A stretch of DNA of 63,323 nucleotides, the filler included, from Chiloscyllium plagiosum (lineage: Eukaryota), in NCBI RefSeq assembly GCF_004010195.1. It is 4 parts of one record of this genome, joined end to end, with 100 filler letters (N's around TTAATTAATTAA, not from the genome) between each part and the next. Parts side by side here need not be neighbours in the genome. Positions count along the whole stretch, not along the records: positions 25,489 to 57,231 come from NC_057713.1; 3 more parts are not named here. One strand, 5' to 3'. The number at the start of each line of letters is the position of its first letter. Position 1 is the first letter of the stretch. Below are positions 39,189-52,168 of the stretch, piece by piece. Under the pieces are notes generated by a model that saw only the letters and a program-made list of their open reading frames with translations, searched no databases and was not told the origin of the DNA. Made by a program: the position numbers and the translations under genes.

Positions 39189-40461
39189 ACTTTGTCACAA
39201 AGGCAACCTGAATCATGCACTGAATTCATAAAGTTGGGTTTGAATCCATAACATACTAATTCAGTGTCAAGTTTGCAACCAGTGAACTGTGACATTTAGG
39301 CTTACATCTTTATTGGAAATGTATATTTTTTGATCTGCCTCTATACCCCCAAAAATATTCTATCAAAAAAGTTAATAGATTAAAACTGTGAAAGTCTGCT
39401 CAAAAATATAACATTTTCCTGCACGGGACCAACATTAGTTAGCTTAGCATAGACCTGACATCAAAGGGATTGAAATTTCCTTTCTGCATTCAACACAGCA
39501 AAGAAATTTTTAAATGGCAGCACTATTACCCAAAACAGCATATTTGGATCAAATCTACAGTATTACATTTAAGAGCTGAAGCAAAGTATATATAAAAAAG
39601 GAAAGACCTCTTTTGTAGAGAGCTGTAACAGGTTTTGGACGGATTGGAAATACAATAAGAAGGTAATTGCGAAATATATTGTCATGTTACACCAGTCATT
39701 GACATGATTAGAGCTACAGTAAAATGCTATAAAAATGCACTTCAAATTGACTTTTCATAAATCACTGATTGCCTTTCCCATTTTAAAAAAAAGTTTATTA
39801 ATGTCAATAAATTGATGCATGATCACTTTGTATTGCTATGTTTGACTTCAGACCATATTGATGAGTATGTATGCATCAATAATTATTGAAATTGAAGAGA
39901 ACAGTTACATTATTGAATGTTGGCTTACAGTTGAGCAGATAGTCACCAAAATGATCTGTTTTAAGGTAAATTGCATTTTTTCTATTAAAAGGGAAAGGCG
40001 AGTTTATTCATTAGCTGCAGATTAACATTTTTATTTGTAATGCTTCAGCAATTTATGCAGTCACATAAGAAATACAAATTATTCAGCTGGAAACTTCATA
40101 GAAACCTCACCAAAGCTTGTGAAAGAAGTAGCTGCTTTAAATAAATGAAATAACATTTGATGCTGTAATTAAAGAATTGGTTTGAGAGAAAGATAGTTTA
40201 ACAACACTTGTAAGGTGGTGTAAATGGAACCTATAAGGGCAGATCTCTTGATGGCACAAGGTAGGTTAGAAGGTAGTATTTTCCTTAAAGTATTGCGGAC
40301 TGATTTTCAAAGCACGTGATATTTGAATCATTTCACTTATTCATTGCAATCATACAAGCACAAAGCAAATTAATGTACCTTGCTTTAACGATCATGAATT
40401 TTGATACTTTTATTACCACAGTAAAATTGGAGATTATACGAAATACAACAATGACATAATA

Positions 40462-40680
40462 AAAGCAAAATACTATGGATGCTGGGGGTCTAAAATACAA
40501 ACACTGTTGGGGAAACTCAGCAGATCTGGCTGCATCTGTGGAGAAGGAAACAGAATTAGTGTTCAGTTGACTCTTCTTCAGAACTAAAGAATGACTTGAG
40601 TCATTGAACACAAATCATTAACCGTTTCACTCCACAGATGCTGCCAGACCTACTGGTGTTTTCCCTGCACTTCCCATCTT
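40462..40680. mobile_element. old palindromic PLE-derived element
   Basis: CAGCAGATCTGGCTGCATCTGTGGAG is mirrored by CTCCACAGATGCTGCCAGACCTACTG, with TCTTCTTCAG (reverse complement CTGAAGA) near the centre. Confidence 0.6.
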
Positions 40681-43478
40681 TACAATGATGATATAACAAA
40701 ATTTTATTTGCCCCCAGAGAGCGCAGAGTTCGCAACTCAGATCTCCATGTTAAATGATCACCCAGTGTCACTGCTTTGAATATTATGATGCAAACCAAAA
40801 AAATGAATGAATGTTAAGTCTTTATCTCTCCTTTTGCCAATTGCACACTGGATGTTGATAGCAGAGAACATAAGAAAGAGAAGATAAATACATAACTAGT
40901 TATCTATCTTAGGAACTTGGCGATTGGAGAACTGAACCTGTATTACACCATCATTGTGTGCTGCAACTTGTTATGTAATCAAACTATTGCATCATGTATT
41001 TAAAACGTGAACCATTATTACAGGGTTTTACAAAATGACATTGAATTCCAGGGATGTCAAATACTGGGTTGTTGACATTTACATTTGACATTTACAATCT
41101 TCAGTTTTTACCTTTTCAATCGCATTTAAAGCCTCAAAAATAAGAGTGAAGTGATCAAATCACTACACTCAAAGCTTTGAAGTTACACATTTTACACACA
41201 AAATATCGTAGGACACCAACTTTATCCCAAGATCAAAAATGTAATTTTAATTCATTGCAAAAAGAAAATTCAGCAAATCTTCCATTGATTTGATTTTTTT
41301 TTGGACTTTCTTGAATGTTTCATTTTTAAAACAGCTGATAATCTAACCTTTGTGTGAACAGACTTTGATGCAGGGTTCAAAGAAAGGAGCCGCTGTTTTA
41401 ATTTCCTGTAGATATTATAAAAAAAAACAAACTTGTACCACCTATGATTGATGTCACTTCAAGTAACCTTTCTCATAGTCAGGTTTGTTATCAGTACTAT
41501 CTTGGAGGTTTGTGTGTCTCTTATTCTCAGTTTTCTTTCATCATGCACAAAGTAATTAACCCAGAGTGATACAGAAATTAAACAAATGGAATGAGCATAA
41601 AAATAAGAATACGAAATGCTACTTTTACTTCCTAAATGAGACCTTCCAAAATGTTTGCAAATTACAAAATTTTTCAGAATCATTGTATGGGTATTTCACT
41701 ATTTCCCAGACTTAACCAATTAGAAAGGCCAACTTACATTTTTCCTCATTTATTAAAAGTTACTATTAACGACAATAACATTGCATGGAGGGGGATGGGG
41801 TTTAGATGGGAGAATGTTAAGGCTTTACATGGCATTCATAGGATACATTTAACTTCAGTGTAAACAGGCCTCATTTCCCCACCAATGTTAACACTAACAA
41901 GACCTGTACAGTAAAGTGAAATGCCTTCCTACAGGGATTTGCACTCCATTCTGAAATCGAACGAGGCTGAACAAAGGCTACAAAACCTGTTGGCAATGAC
42001 ATTACACTCGCTGTATGAATGCACTCTGATCTGTCCTATGCTTTTTCTGCAAGCAGAACTTGGGATACTGAACTTAAGTCACGAAATCCTTTTGTACTTA
42101 AAAATAACCAATGCATTTTTGCTCTATACTCACCCCTGTGAATCAATGTGGTTTATAGAACATGATGTAGAATTGCATAGTGCACATGCACGTTTTAGTG
42201 AATCTCTAACGGACTTCTGCTTAAACTGAGAATTATTTTTAAGAAAATCAAAATCACCCTTTACCTTTGGAATGTTCAAAATTTAAAACTATTTTTCTCT
42301 CTCCTGGCACACCCCCTACCATTCCCCTTATCGAGCTTTCTTAAACTTTCAGTAACCTGTTAAAAGAGTATTTGGAAATGACTGTTTAATTAAGGATTAG
42401 CACACGAGAGAGAATTTTCAATATGAAACTGGGGAAAAACAAAAGTGCGCTTGTGGAGCAAATCTCCCCCAGTAAAAAATGGTTGTAATACCAACTCCAG
42501 GCTAGAAACATAATATATTGGTTAGTAGCTCTAATAAGATGATATTATTTATAAAAAGACAGGAAAGATGCACCGCTTCAGACACAAGACATGGACCATA
42601 CTATTGCAAATCATTATCTGCAATTAGTGAATTTAGGCATTACGGAGGTAATTTACTGAAGACATTGGTTCACCAGAATATCTATAGCAGTCAATTGGTA
42701 GAACAATGGATAATTAAGTCAATTTGCATCCTATTTACAATTAATTTCCTAGTTCCATTTCTTCAGGTCATCACACAAACCTACCATTAAATATAAGCCA
42801 TACAGACAAATATCTTGTAGGATTTTTCTTTTATGGTGTATAGTAAATTGTTGAAGTATTAGCATGCCTCTAAAGGCAACCACTCTTACAACTTGAAACC
42901 AAAGTCAACGAGCCTCCAAAAGAAAAGAATTGTGCTTCATCCTAGTTGGTGATTTTAGTATAAATAAATATTCAAGTTACTAAAGGCAGACAAAAAAAAA
43001 CATCCAATTGGATTTGAAGACAGGAAACCCAATGGCATTTTATTTTTTATAAAAATCACTGTAAACCATTGTTGGCTGAAAGTGTTCAAATTCATACAAT
43101 GGCGCAACTGTTCTTGTGATTATTATGGGCCTTGAATCGAAGTCTCATCTTTGGCCGATACTTTTCCAAGTATAAGAGCTGTTTACTGTTGATGGCACCT
43201 CTGCGTTTCCTATTTCAAAAAAGACAGAAAAAAAGTGAAAAGAAATGTAGAGTGTTAGCAGATATGATCTGTTTAAAGACAGATGTCCTTGTTGTTCTAA
43301 CAGAGGAGAACCTGCCAAGGACACCTCTGGCAGCTTGTTTAAACAAGTTTTTTTCTTCATAGTACTGGCTGAGAATAATTAAATTTAAAATGATTTAGAG
43401 ATGCCGGTGTTGGACTGGGGTGTACAAAGTTAAAAATCACAACACCAAGTTATAGTCTAACAGGTTTAATTGGAAGCA

Positions 43479-43513
43479 CACTAGCTTTCGGAGGGTCGCT
43501 CCTTCATCAGGTG
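43479..43513 (-). ncRNA. minimal hammerhead ribozyme motif (second family)
   Basis: Reverse complement: CAC-CTGATGA-A-GGAG(CGACC)CTCC-GAAA-GC-TA-GTG. A degenerate mirror copy lies at 45368-45405 (+). Confidence 0.7.
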
Positions 43514-44640
43514 GTTGTGGAGGGCTCAATCCTAACACAGGATTTATAGCAAAAATTTACAGTGTGATATAACTGAAATTATACATTGAAAATTCGATTG
43601 TCTGTTAAGCCTTTCATCTGTTAGAATACCATGACAGTTTTACTTCTTTCATGTGTAAATCACAAAACCTTTTTTTAAAAAAAAGTTGCAGTCTCAGGTT
43701 AGTTGTTAACAATGGTGATAGCGAGACAATATGTTGAAGGTGTTAGCCCCCTGTGTTCTCTGTCTATGCCATGATGTTTAGATCGATTCTAATCTAAAAA
43801 GAGAGATAACGGAGTTTTACATGAATGCATGCAGTTTTTGAGCAAAGTACAATGTAACCCTGCAAGTACAAATTCACCCCACAAAATGTGTGTGTGCATG
43901 TGGGTCTCTGTCTGTGTGTCTGTCTGTCTGGGTTGGGGGTTGAGTGTGAGCAAGTGAATATGTGTGTGTGTGTGTGTTTGTGTGCGTGCGTGCGCGCGCG
44001 CGCGCACGCAGTGAGTGCAGAGAATCTGAAGTCTGTGAGGGGGTGCATGTGAGAGTGTGGGAGTGTGTGTCTACACTACATACAGACACACACACATATA
44101 CACAGACACGCACACAGACACCCACACATACCCTTACAGACACACACACTCCCACATGCACCCTCTCACAGACTTAAGACACTCTGCACTCACTACACAC
44201 ACATACACTTACTCACACTCCCAACCTCCAACCCAGACAGACAGACAAAGACCCACATGCACACACATATTTTGTGGGGTGAATTTGTATTTGCAGGGTT
44301 ACATTGTACTTTGCTCAAAAACTGCATGAATTCATGTAAAACTCCATTATCTCACTATTTAGATTAGAATCAAAACATCATGGCATAGACAGAGAACACA
44401 GGGAGCTAACACCTTCAACATATTGTCTAGCTATCACCATTGTTAACAGCTAACTTGAGAATGCAACTTTTTTTAAAAAGAGGTTTTGCAATTTACACAT
44501 GAAAGAAGTGAAACTGTCATGGTATTCTAACAGATGAAAGGCTTAACAGAATCAATTTTTCAATGTATAATTTCAGTTACATCACACTGTAAATTTTTGC
44601 TGTAAATTCGGTGTTAGGATTGAGCCCTCCACTACTACCA

Positions 44641-45366
44641 GGGAGTGTTGGTGAATAAAGAGATCTTAGAGTGCAGGTTCATAGCTCCTTGAAAGTGGAA
44701 TCGCAGGTAGATAGGATAGTGAAGGCGTTTGGTATGCTTTCTTTTATTGGTCAGAGTATTGAGTACAGGAGTTGGGAGGTCATGTTGCGGCTGTACAGGA
44801 CATTGGTTAGGCCACTGTTGGAATATTGCGTGCAATTCTGGTCTCCTTCCTATTGGAAAGGATGTTGTGAAACTTAAAAGGGTTCAGAAAAGATTTACAA
44901 GGATGTTACCAGCTACAGGAGGATCTGAGCTACAGGGAGAGGCTGAACAGGCTGGGGCTGTTTTCCCTGGAGCGTCGGAAGCTGAGGGGTGACCTTATAG
45001 AGGCTGACAAAATTATGAGGGGCATAGATAGGATAAATAGACAAAGTCTTTTCCCTGGGGTCGGGGAGTATAGAACTAGAGGGCATAGGTTTAGGGCGAG
45101 AGGAGAAAGATATAAAAGAGACCTAAGGGTCAACTTTTTCATGCAGAGGATGGTACGTGAATGGAATGAGCTGCCAGAGGATGTGGTGGAGGCTGGTACA
45201 ATTGCAACATTTAAGAGGCATTTGGATGGGTATATGAATAGGAAGGGTTTGGAGGGATATGGGCCGGGTGCTGGCAGGTGGGACTAGATTGGGTTGGGAT
45301 ACCTGGTCAGCGTGGACGGTTTGGACCGAAGGGTCTGTTTCCATGCTGTATATCTCTATGACTCTA
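44641..45366 (+). mobile_element. 5'-truncated young CR1 (same family as 1-585) nested in the fold-back element
   Basis: ORFs 44671-44877 and 45015-45287 are near-identical to ORF 20-505. CTACCA is duplicated at 44635-44640 and 45364-45369. Confidence 0.92.
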
Positions 45367-46494
45367 CCACCTGATGAAGGAGGAGCGACAATCCGAAAGC
45401 TTGCGTGCTTCCAATTAAACCTGTTGGACTATAACCTGGTGTTGTGTGATTTTTAAATTTAAAATGCTACAGCTGAATTTTAAAATGCTACAGTGCGGGC
45501 TGAGTAATGAAACACTAATACAATTGTTCAATTGGACATAAGTGTCTTACTATTACAGAAGGCTCGGTTTCCATGCTTTATAACCCTATGAATCTATGAC
45601 CGAGGGAAAGGTAATTCAAGGCTGTGTACGTTGTTTAAGGCTAAACAAAACAACAATTCTGGCAGATCTGCAATGGAAAGAGGACACAGCTTGTGTGTTT
45701 TATTGCATCAGAAGAGGATCATGTTGCACACTGGGGGTGGGGGAAGGGAGAATGGGTGGGTGGAGCAGTTTTAGCAACAGCTGGGTATTCAAAAGACTTT
45801 CCTGCCTGTTCAGTTGGAGGGGGCGGAAATCCCAATATGGGAGGCCCACCTGCAACTTTACGCTGATGAAAATGTCAGTGTGTGTCCATGCATGCTGAAG
45901 TTAATATCAGAAACTCTGACGCTCTCTGCGCACTGTATAGTGTCAAGGTTTATTTGTCAAAAACAGCAAAGATAAACTTTTTCTTCTGAAGGTTTGTTGG
46001 CATTGAATACTAGAATAATTCATACATTAATATAGACCAGTTGCCCAACATCTGTAGCACAGTAAATGCTAGAGTCAATAATACAAGATTTAATAGCAAA
46101 ACCCTTAGAAAACAGTGACAGAATCAGATAAGAGTCAGCACGGAATTTTAAAAATTCATTCATTAGACTGAGAAGTTGCTGGCTAGGCCAGCATTTATTG
46201 CTCATCCCAATAACGCAGAGGGCAATTAGGACTCAACCACATTGCTGTGGGTCTGGAATCACATGTAAGGTGGCAGTTTCCTCCCAAAGGGCATTAGGGA
46301 ACCAGGTGGATATTTTTGACAGTCGACAATGGACTCACGATCACTATCAGACCCCTAATTCCAGATTTTTTTTATTGAATTCAAATTCCACCATCTGCTG
46401 TCGCGGGATTTGAACCCAGGTTCTCAAAACATTACTTGGGTCTCTGGGTTAACAGTCCAGCAATAATACCACTAGGTCATCACCGCTCCATCAA

Positions 46495-47722
46495 TCTATG
46501 AAAGGGAAATCATCCTTCACAAAGCTGGAATTTGTCAAGGATGCAACTAATTGAGTTGACATGGGGCAGCAGTGGATGCAGGTTTTTTGGTATTTCAAAA
46601 GGTTTTCGATAAAGTTCTATGTAAGAAATTAGTAAGAAAGATTAAAGCTCTTGGTAGTGCACTGACATGGATAGAGTAGTAGTTGGAGACAGGAAACAAA
46701 AAGAAAGAAATAAACAGGCCTTTCGAGTAGCAGCCATTGACTAGCGGGATTCTGCAGCAGTCAGCACTTGAACCCCAGCAATTCACAATATATATTAATG
46801 ATTTACTGATGATTTATTAACGACGGAACTAAATACCCAACATCACAAGTTCGCAGATGACACAAAGTTGGGTGAGACGTTGAGCTGTAAGCAGGATGCA
46901 GGAGATGCTTCATTGTGATTTGGACAAATTGAGTGAGTGGGCAAATGCATGGCAGCTGCATTACAATATGAATAAGTGTGAGGTTCACTACTTTGTAGCA
47001 AAAACAGAAAGGCAGATTTTATGAATGGTAACAGATTGGGAAAGGGGGTGTCCTTGTATACAAGTTGCTGAAAGTAAGCATGCAGGTGTAGCAGACAGTG
47101 AAGGTGGCAACTGGCATGTTGGCCTTCATAGCAAGATAATTATAGATGCAAGTATGTCTTGCTGCAGTTGTACAGTGCCTTGGAGAGACCACACTTGCTC
47201 ATTGTGCGGAGTTTCGGTCTCCTTACCTGAGGATGGATGTTCTGGCAATGAAGGAAGTGCAATGAAGATTTACCAGAGTGATTCCTGGCAGGCCAGGCAT
47301 AGAAAGCAGACTAGATCATTTAGGATTAAACTCCAGTTTCAAAGTTAAGAAGAAAGAATCTCATAGAAGCCTATAAAATTCTAGCAGGACTAGACGAGAT
47401 AAATGCAGGAACAATGTTCCCAAAGACCCTGGAATCAGAATCAGGAGTTACAATTTAAGAATACAAGATAGGCCATTTAGGACGAAGATGAGGAGAATTT
47501 TTTTTAAACCCAAAATCAACCTGTGGAAATTTCTACCACAGAAAGCAGCTGATGCCAAAACACAATGTATTCAACAAGGAATTGGATATAGATCTTAGGG
47601 TTCAAACAATCATAGGGTGTAGGGAGAAAAAGGGAACAGACTACTGAGTTGGATAATCAGTCATGAACATATTGAATGGTGGAGTAGGCACCAAGCGTCA
47701 AATGGCCTACTCCTGTTCCTAT
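46495..47722 (+). mobile_element. old CR1, RT to 3' end
   Basis: Degenerate F.K.FDKV and KFADDTKLG motifs and a GGCCTACTCCTGTTCCTATG tail. Confidence 0.75.
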
Positions 47723-49419
47723 GTTTGCCTGTTTGTATAAAATAGTTAATATTTTTTCCAGGAACAAATGGCTCTTACTGTCTGATGAACTGAATCGCAT
47801 CTTCATACTTCATTCCACTTTCAATAAGAGCAACTGCTACCAATACAGGAGCCCTGTGTGTTTAAAACAAGTTACTGTAAGCATAGGAAAAGAAAAGAAA
47901 CAAAAGGCTTGTATTTACATAGTGCCGTTCACAATCCTCTGATATCCTAAAAGCATTTTCCAATTATTAAAATAAAATTCTGAAATGGATTACATCAACC
48001 CAAGAAAGCAGCAGCAATAATGACTCTTGGTTTTAAATCAGTTAAAATCTCAGCTTTAAAAAAAAAGGACCTGCGAATGAAGTGAGGCTAAACAAAGAAA
48101 AGCTTTTTCAGTCAGGAAGTAGTTAGGTTACAGAAGGCTGTGTGTGGTGAAGGCAGGTTCAGTTGAGGGCACTGGATGATTACTTGGATAAAAACAAATG
48201 TGCACTAGGGTTATGATGCTCATTTAATGAGCTTGCACAGGCACAGTGGGCTGAATGACCTCTTGCTACACCATAACACTTCTGTGATTCTCCGATATCC
48301 TGACAGTATAATACTCTCTTAGCAGTGCAATGCAGTATCAGCTGACATTTTTTATTATCAAATCAAACAGGATTTGAAGCCACAATCTTTTTTACTCAAA
48401 GATGAAAATGATATCAAATGAGTCGCACTGCCTATTTTTATTGACTGCATAAAAATAATCTGACATATTGATGAGGCAGATTAATTTTAAACAGTGTTGG
48501 AGAAATTTATCAGGTCTGGCCAGTATGATTCCTCCTCTTCAGAACTTCAGTTAACTCTGTTTCTCTCTCCACAGATACGGTCAAACCTACTGAGTTTCTC
48601 CAGCATTTTCAGTTTGTTTCAGATTTCTAGCACTCGAGTGTTTTGTATACAAATGAATATGAATACAGATAAAGATCATGCACAGTACATCAGCAGACCG
48701 TAAATGTATACATAACAAAAAGATCTGCTTTAAGACGAGGAAGGAAAACACCAGAATACTATTACTGACCACTCGAGATACAACTGTTGGGAAAACAAAA
48801 CACATTCCAGCACTTTATTGTATTTCTAAACAAATAAATTACGTTAATCACGTATATATCATTGGTGAAACCACACATGGGATGTTGTAGAATCATACCA
48901 TTTCAAAACCTGGAGGGGAAGCCAGCTAGCTCATTGGAATAGTGGGAGACCTTGTGTGAGATCAAACCTACATCCAGTTAAGAGAGTCAAAATCTACCTC
49001 ATCCTGTGCCAGACTCTTGCAAAATACAATTATAATGCCACAGCTCCACTTCAACTCCATAGACTGTACCTACATTTACTTCTTTTAAAAAAAAACCACA
49101 TCCGTATATCCTACTGATCCAGTAAAACTCGGGGAAAATAAACTACTTTCAGCGTCTTCTTCACCTTATGATTATTCTATATTGCTGATTTCAACCCCTA
49201 ATCCCCACCCAATCACTGAAATGCAAATTAGGTGGTGTAGGGCACTCAGCCCCTTCAGCCTGCTCTCCATTCAATAAGATTATGGTTGATCTAATTACAA
49301 TACATTCTCATCTACTCCTGATAGATTCTTGAGGAGCAAAGTGGTGAAAAATTATCTTCCATCGCTATGAAAATATTCAAAGGTTCTGCAAGACGTTATC
49401 TTTGCAGCAGGAATTCCAA

Positions 49420-50056
49420 AGTGGTTAAAAGACATTTGGCACACTTGCCTTTATTGCTCAGTCCTTGGAGTATAGGAGTCGGTACGTTTTGTTGAGATTG
49501 TACGGGACATTGGTGAGGCCTCTTCTGAAATACTGTATCCAGTTCTGGTTGCCCAGTTATAGGATGGATATTAACAAGCTGGAGAGGGTTCAGAAGAGAT
49601 TTACCAGAATGTTGCTGTGTATGGAAGGTTTGAGTTACAAAGGCAGGCTGGATAGATTAGGACTTTTTCCACTGGAGTGTAGGAGGTTTAGAGGTGACCT
49701 GATAGAGGTTTAATGAGTGGTAAAAGGTAGAGTTGATCGTAGTTGTTTTTTCCGTAAGATGGGGAATTTCAAGAATAGGGAGCACATTTTTAAGGTGAGA
49801 GGAGAGAGATTTAAAAAAGATAGGAGGCAAGTTTTTAAAACAGAGCTGGTTCGCATGTAGAATGAACTTCCTGAGGAAGTGGTGGATGCAGGTACAATTA
49901 CAAATGTTTAAAAGACATTTGGATGGATACATGAATAGGACAGGTTTGGAGGGATATGGGCCAGGAGCAGGCAAGTGGGACTACTTTAGTTTGGAATTAT
50001 GTTTGGCAAAGACCAGTTGGACCAAAGAGTCTGTTTCTGTATTGTATAACTATGAC
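49420..50056 (+). mobile_element. CR1 3' fragment nested in an older minus-strand CR1 (about 49230-51420)
   Basis: ORF 49465-49713 reads LVRPLLKYCIQFWLP...RGDLIEV. Confidence 0.85.
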
Positions 50057-51897
50057 TCAGGACTAACCATAATGAAAAATATTCCCTCATTTGTTTCTTA
50101 GTTGGGTAATCTCTCCATTTATTGTTAAACCTATTCCCAGTTTTAGATTTTTCCACAGTACAAATGGTCTTTTCAAAAGCCATCTTCTCAAGATCCCTCA
50201 GGACTTGCTATGTTTCAATCAAGTCATCTCTTATTCTTCTAGTTTCCAGTGGACACAAGCCTAGACTGTCTAACCGTTTTTAAGGCAACCCACCCACTCC
50301 AGCTTTAATTTTAGTGAACTCTCTCAGAACTGTTTCCAATGCATTTTCTACTTTCTTCTATATATAGAGATTAATACTATACATGAAATGCAGATGTCAT
50401 CTCACCAAAGTCTTCTGTAGCTGTATATCTCTATGACTCTATAATTGAAGGATAACCTCCTTGCTTTTGACTTCAATTTCTCTCGCAATAAATAATATAC
50501 TGTTAATCTTCCTAGTTACTTGCCATTTCTGCACATTAACCTTAGATGATGCTTACACTAGTACACCCAGATCCCTTTACATCTCAGAGATCTGTAGTCT
50601 CTCACCATGAAGATAATCTGCATTTTTAAAAAAACTTCCTGCCAAAGTGGACAATTTTCACATTTCCCCAGATTGTACTCCATTTGGTAGTTCTTTGTCT
50701 ACCTAATTTATCTACATCCATTTGTAGCCTCGTTCTGTCAAATTCTGAACTTACTTTCCTAACTATCTTCCAGTAGTCAACAAATTCAGCAACCAGATCT
50801 CTGGTATCTTTATCCAAGGCATTTATATAAATTGTAAAATTAGATGCCTGGCATGGATTCCTGTGACAACACTCTTTACACCTTCCCAATCAGAAAATAA
50901 CTCATTCATACCACTTTCCTTGGAGCTAACCAATCTTCTATTCCTACACCATAAACTTTTTTTTTCAAAAACCCTTGATGCAGGAACGTAACAATTGTCT
51001 TTTGGAAATCACAATATAGGACATTATTTTTTCTCCTTTTAATCAGAGTTGTTATTTCCTCAAAGAATTTCAACAAATTCATAAGACATTTATTAAACCA
51101 AGTTGGCTTTGCTCAATAACCATGAATTTTTCCAAGTGCCTTGCTATAGTTTATTAATAGCTTCTAACATCTCCCTTATGACAGGTGTAAAGCCAACTAG
51201 TGTATAGTTTCCTTCTTTCTGTCTCCCTCTATTTTACACTCTAATGGAACCTCAAGGGAGGTTTGAAGAATTGAAACCAATATATCAGTTATCTCACAAC
51301 TACTGTTTTAAAAAGCTGGAATGAAGTATATTAGAAGACATGGTCTTGCCAACCCGTTGCCCCAACAGTTTGCTCAGTACCACTTCACCCGTAATTTTGA
51401 GCTCCACCCTACCCCTCTTATTTCCCGATTTCAAACAAATAAAAAAAAAAATGAATTAAAAAAAAATCTGGAATTAAAAGAGCTTGTCTAACCATTGTTC
51501 TAAAAACCCATCTGGTACATGAATGCCCTTTCGGGAGGGAAGTTTCATCCTTACCTGAAATGGTCTACATGCAACTCCAGACTGTCAACAATGTAGTTGA
51601 CTGTAAATTATTCTCTGGGCAAGTCAGTATGGACAATAAGCACATCCCATGAATGTTTTCTTAAAATTACAGCTATTTCTAGGACGTTGCTCATTTTTGC
51701 AAGTGCAGACTGATGCAAAATATGCTAATTCATTTGCCTCATTATGTTTCATTACTAAATTTTCTAGACTCACTTGTAGTAGGATCATTCATTGTTAATT
51801 TAGGGGGAAAAGTTAACGATCTGCTTTTATATTTTCAGCTAGCTTTCACTCATTTTCTAATATTTTCTCTCCTTATTAATCGTTTAGCAATCTTCAA

Positions 51898-52168
51898 ACC
51901 AGAGACCCGGGTTCAATTCCCGACTCAGGCGACTGACTGTGTGGAGTTTGCACATTCTCCCCGTATCTGCGTGGGTTTCCTCCGGGTGCTCCGGTTTCCT
52001 CCCACACTCCAAAGATGTGCTGGTCAGGTGAATTGGCCATGCTAAATTGCCCGTAGTGTTAGGTAAAGGGGTAAATATATGGTAATGGATGGGTTGCGCT
52101 TCGGCGGGTCGGTGTGGACTTGTCGGGCCGAAGGGCCTGTTTCCACGCTGTAAGTAATCTAATCTAAT
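51898..52168 (+). mobile_element. 5'-truncated HE1-like SINE
   Basis: CCAGAGACCCGGGTTCAATTCC...CTGTAAGTAATCTAATCTAAT. Confidence 0.88.

Larger units (their letters stand above)
43393..45452. mobile_element. large fold-back PLE-derived element with ~650 bp inverted arms, interrupted by a CR1
   Basis: Left arm about 43428-44070 is the reverse complement of about 44075-44640 plus 45367-45458. A TG/CA microsatellite lies at the centre. 14 bp TSD TTAAATTTAAAATG at 43379-43392 and 45453-45466. Confidence 0.85.

Noticed and set aside
43789..44367. His/Thr- and Cys/Val-rich ORFs
   Set aside because: They are translations of the CA/TG microsatellite at the centre of the fold-back element.
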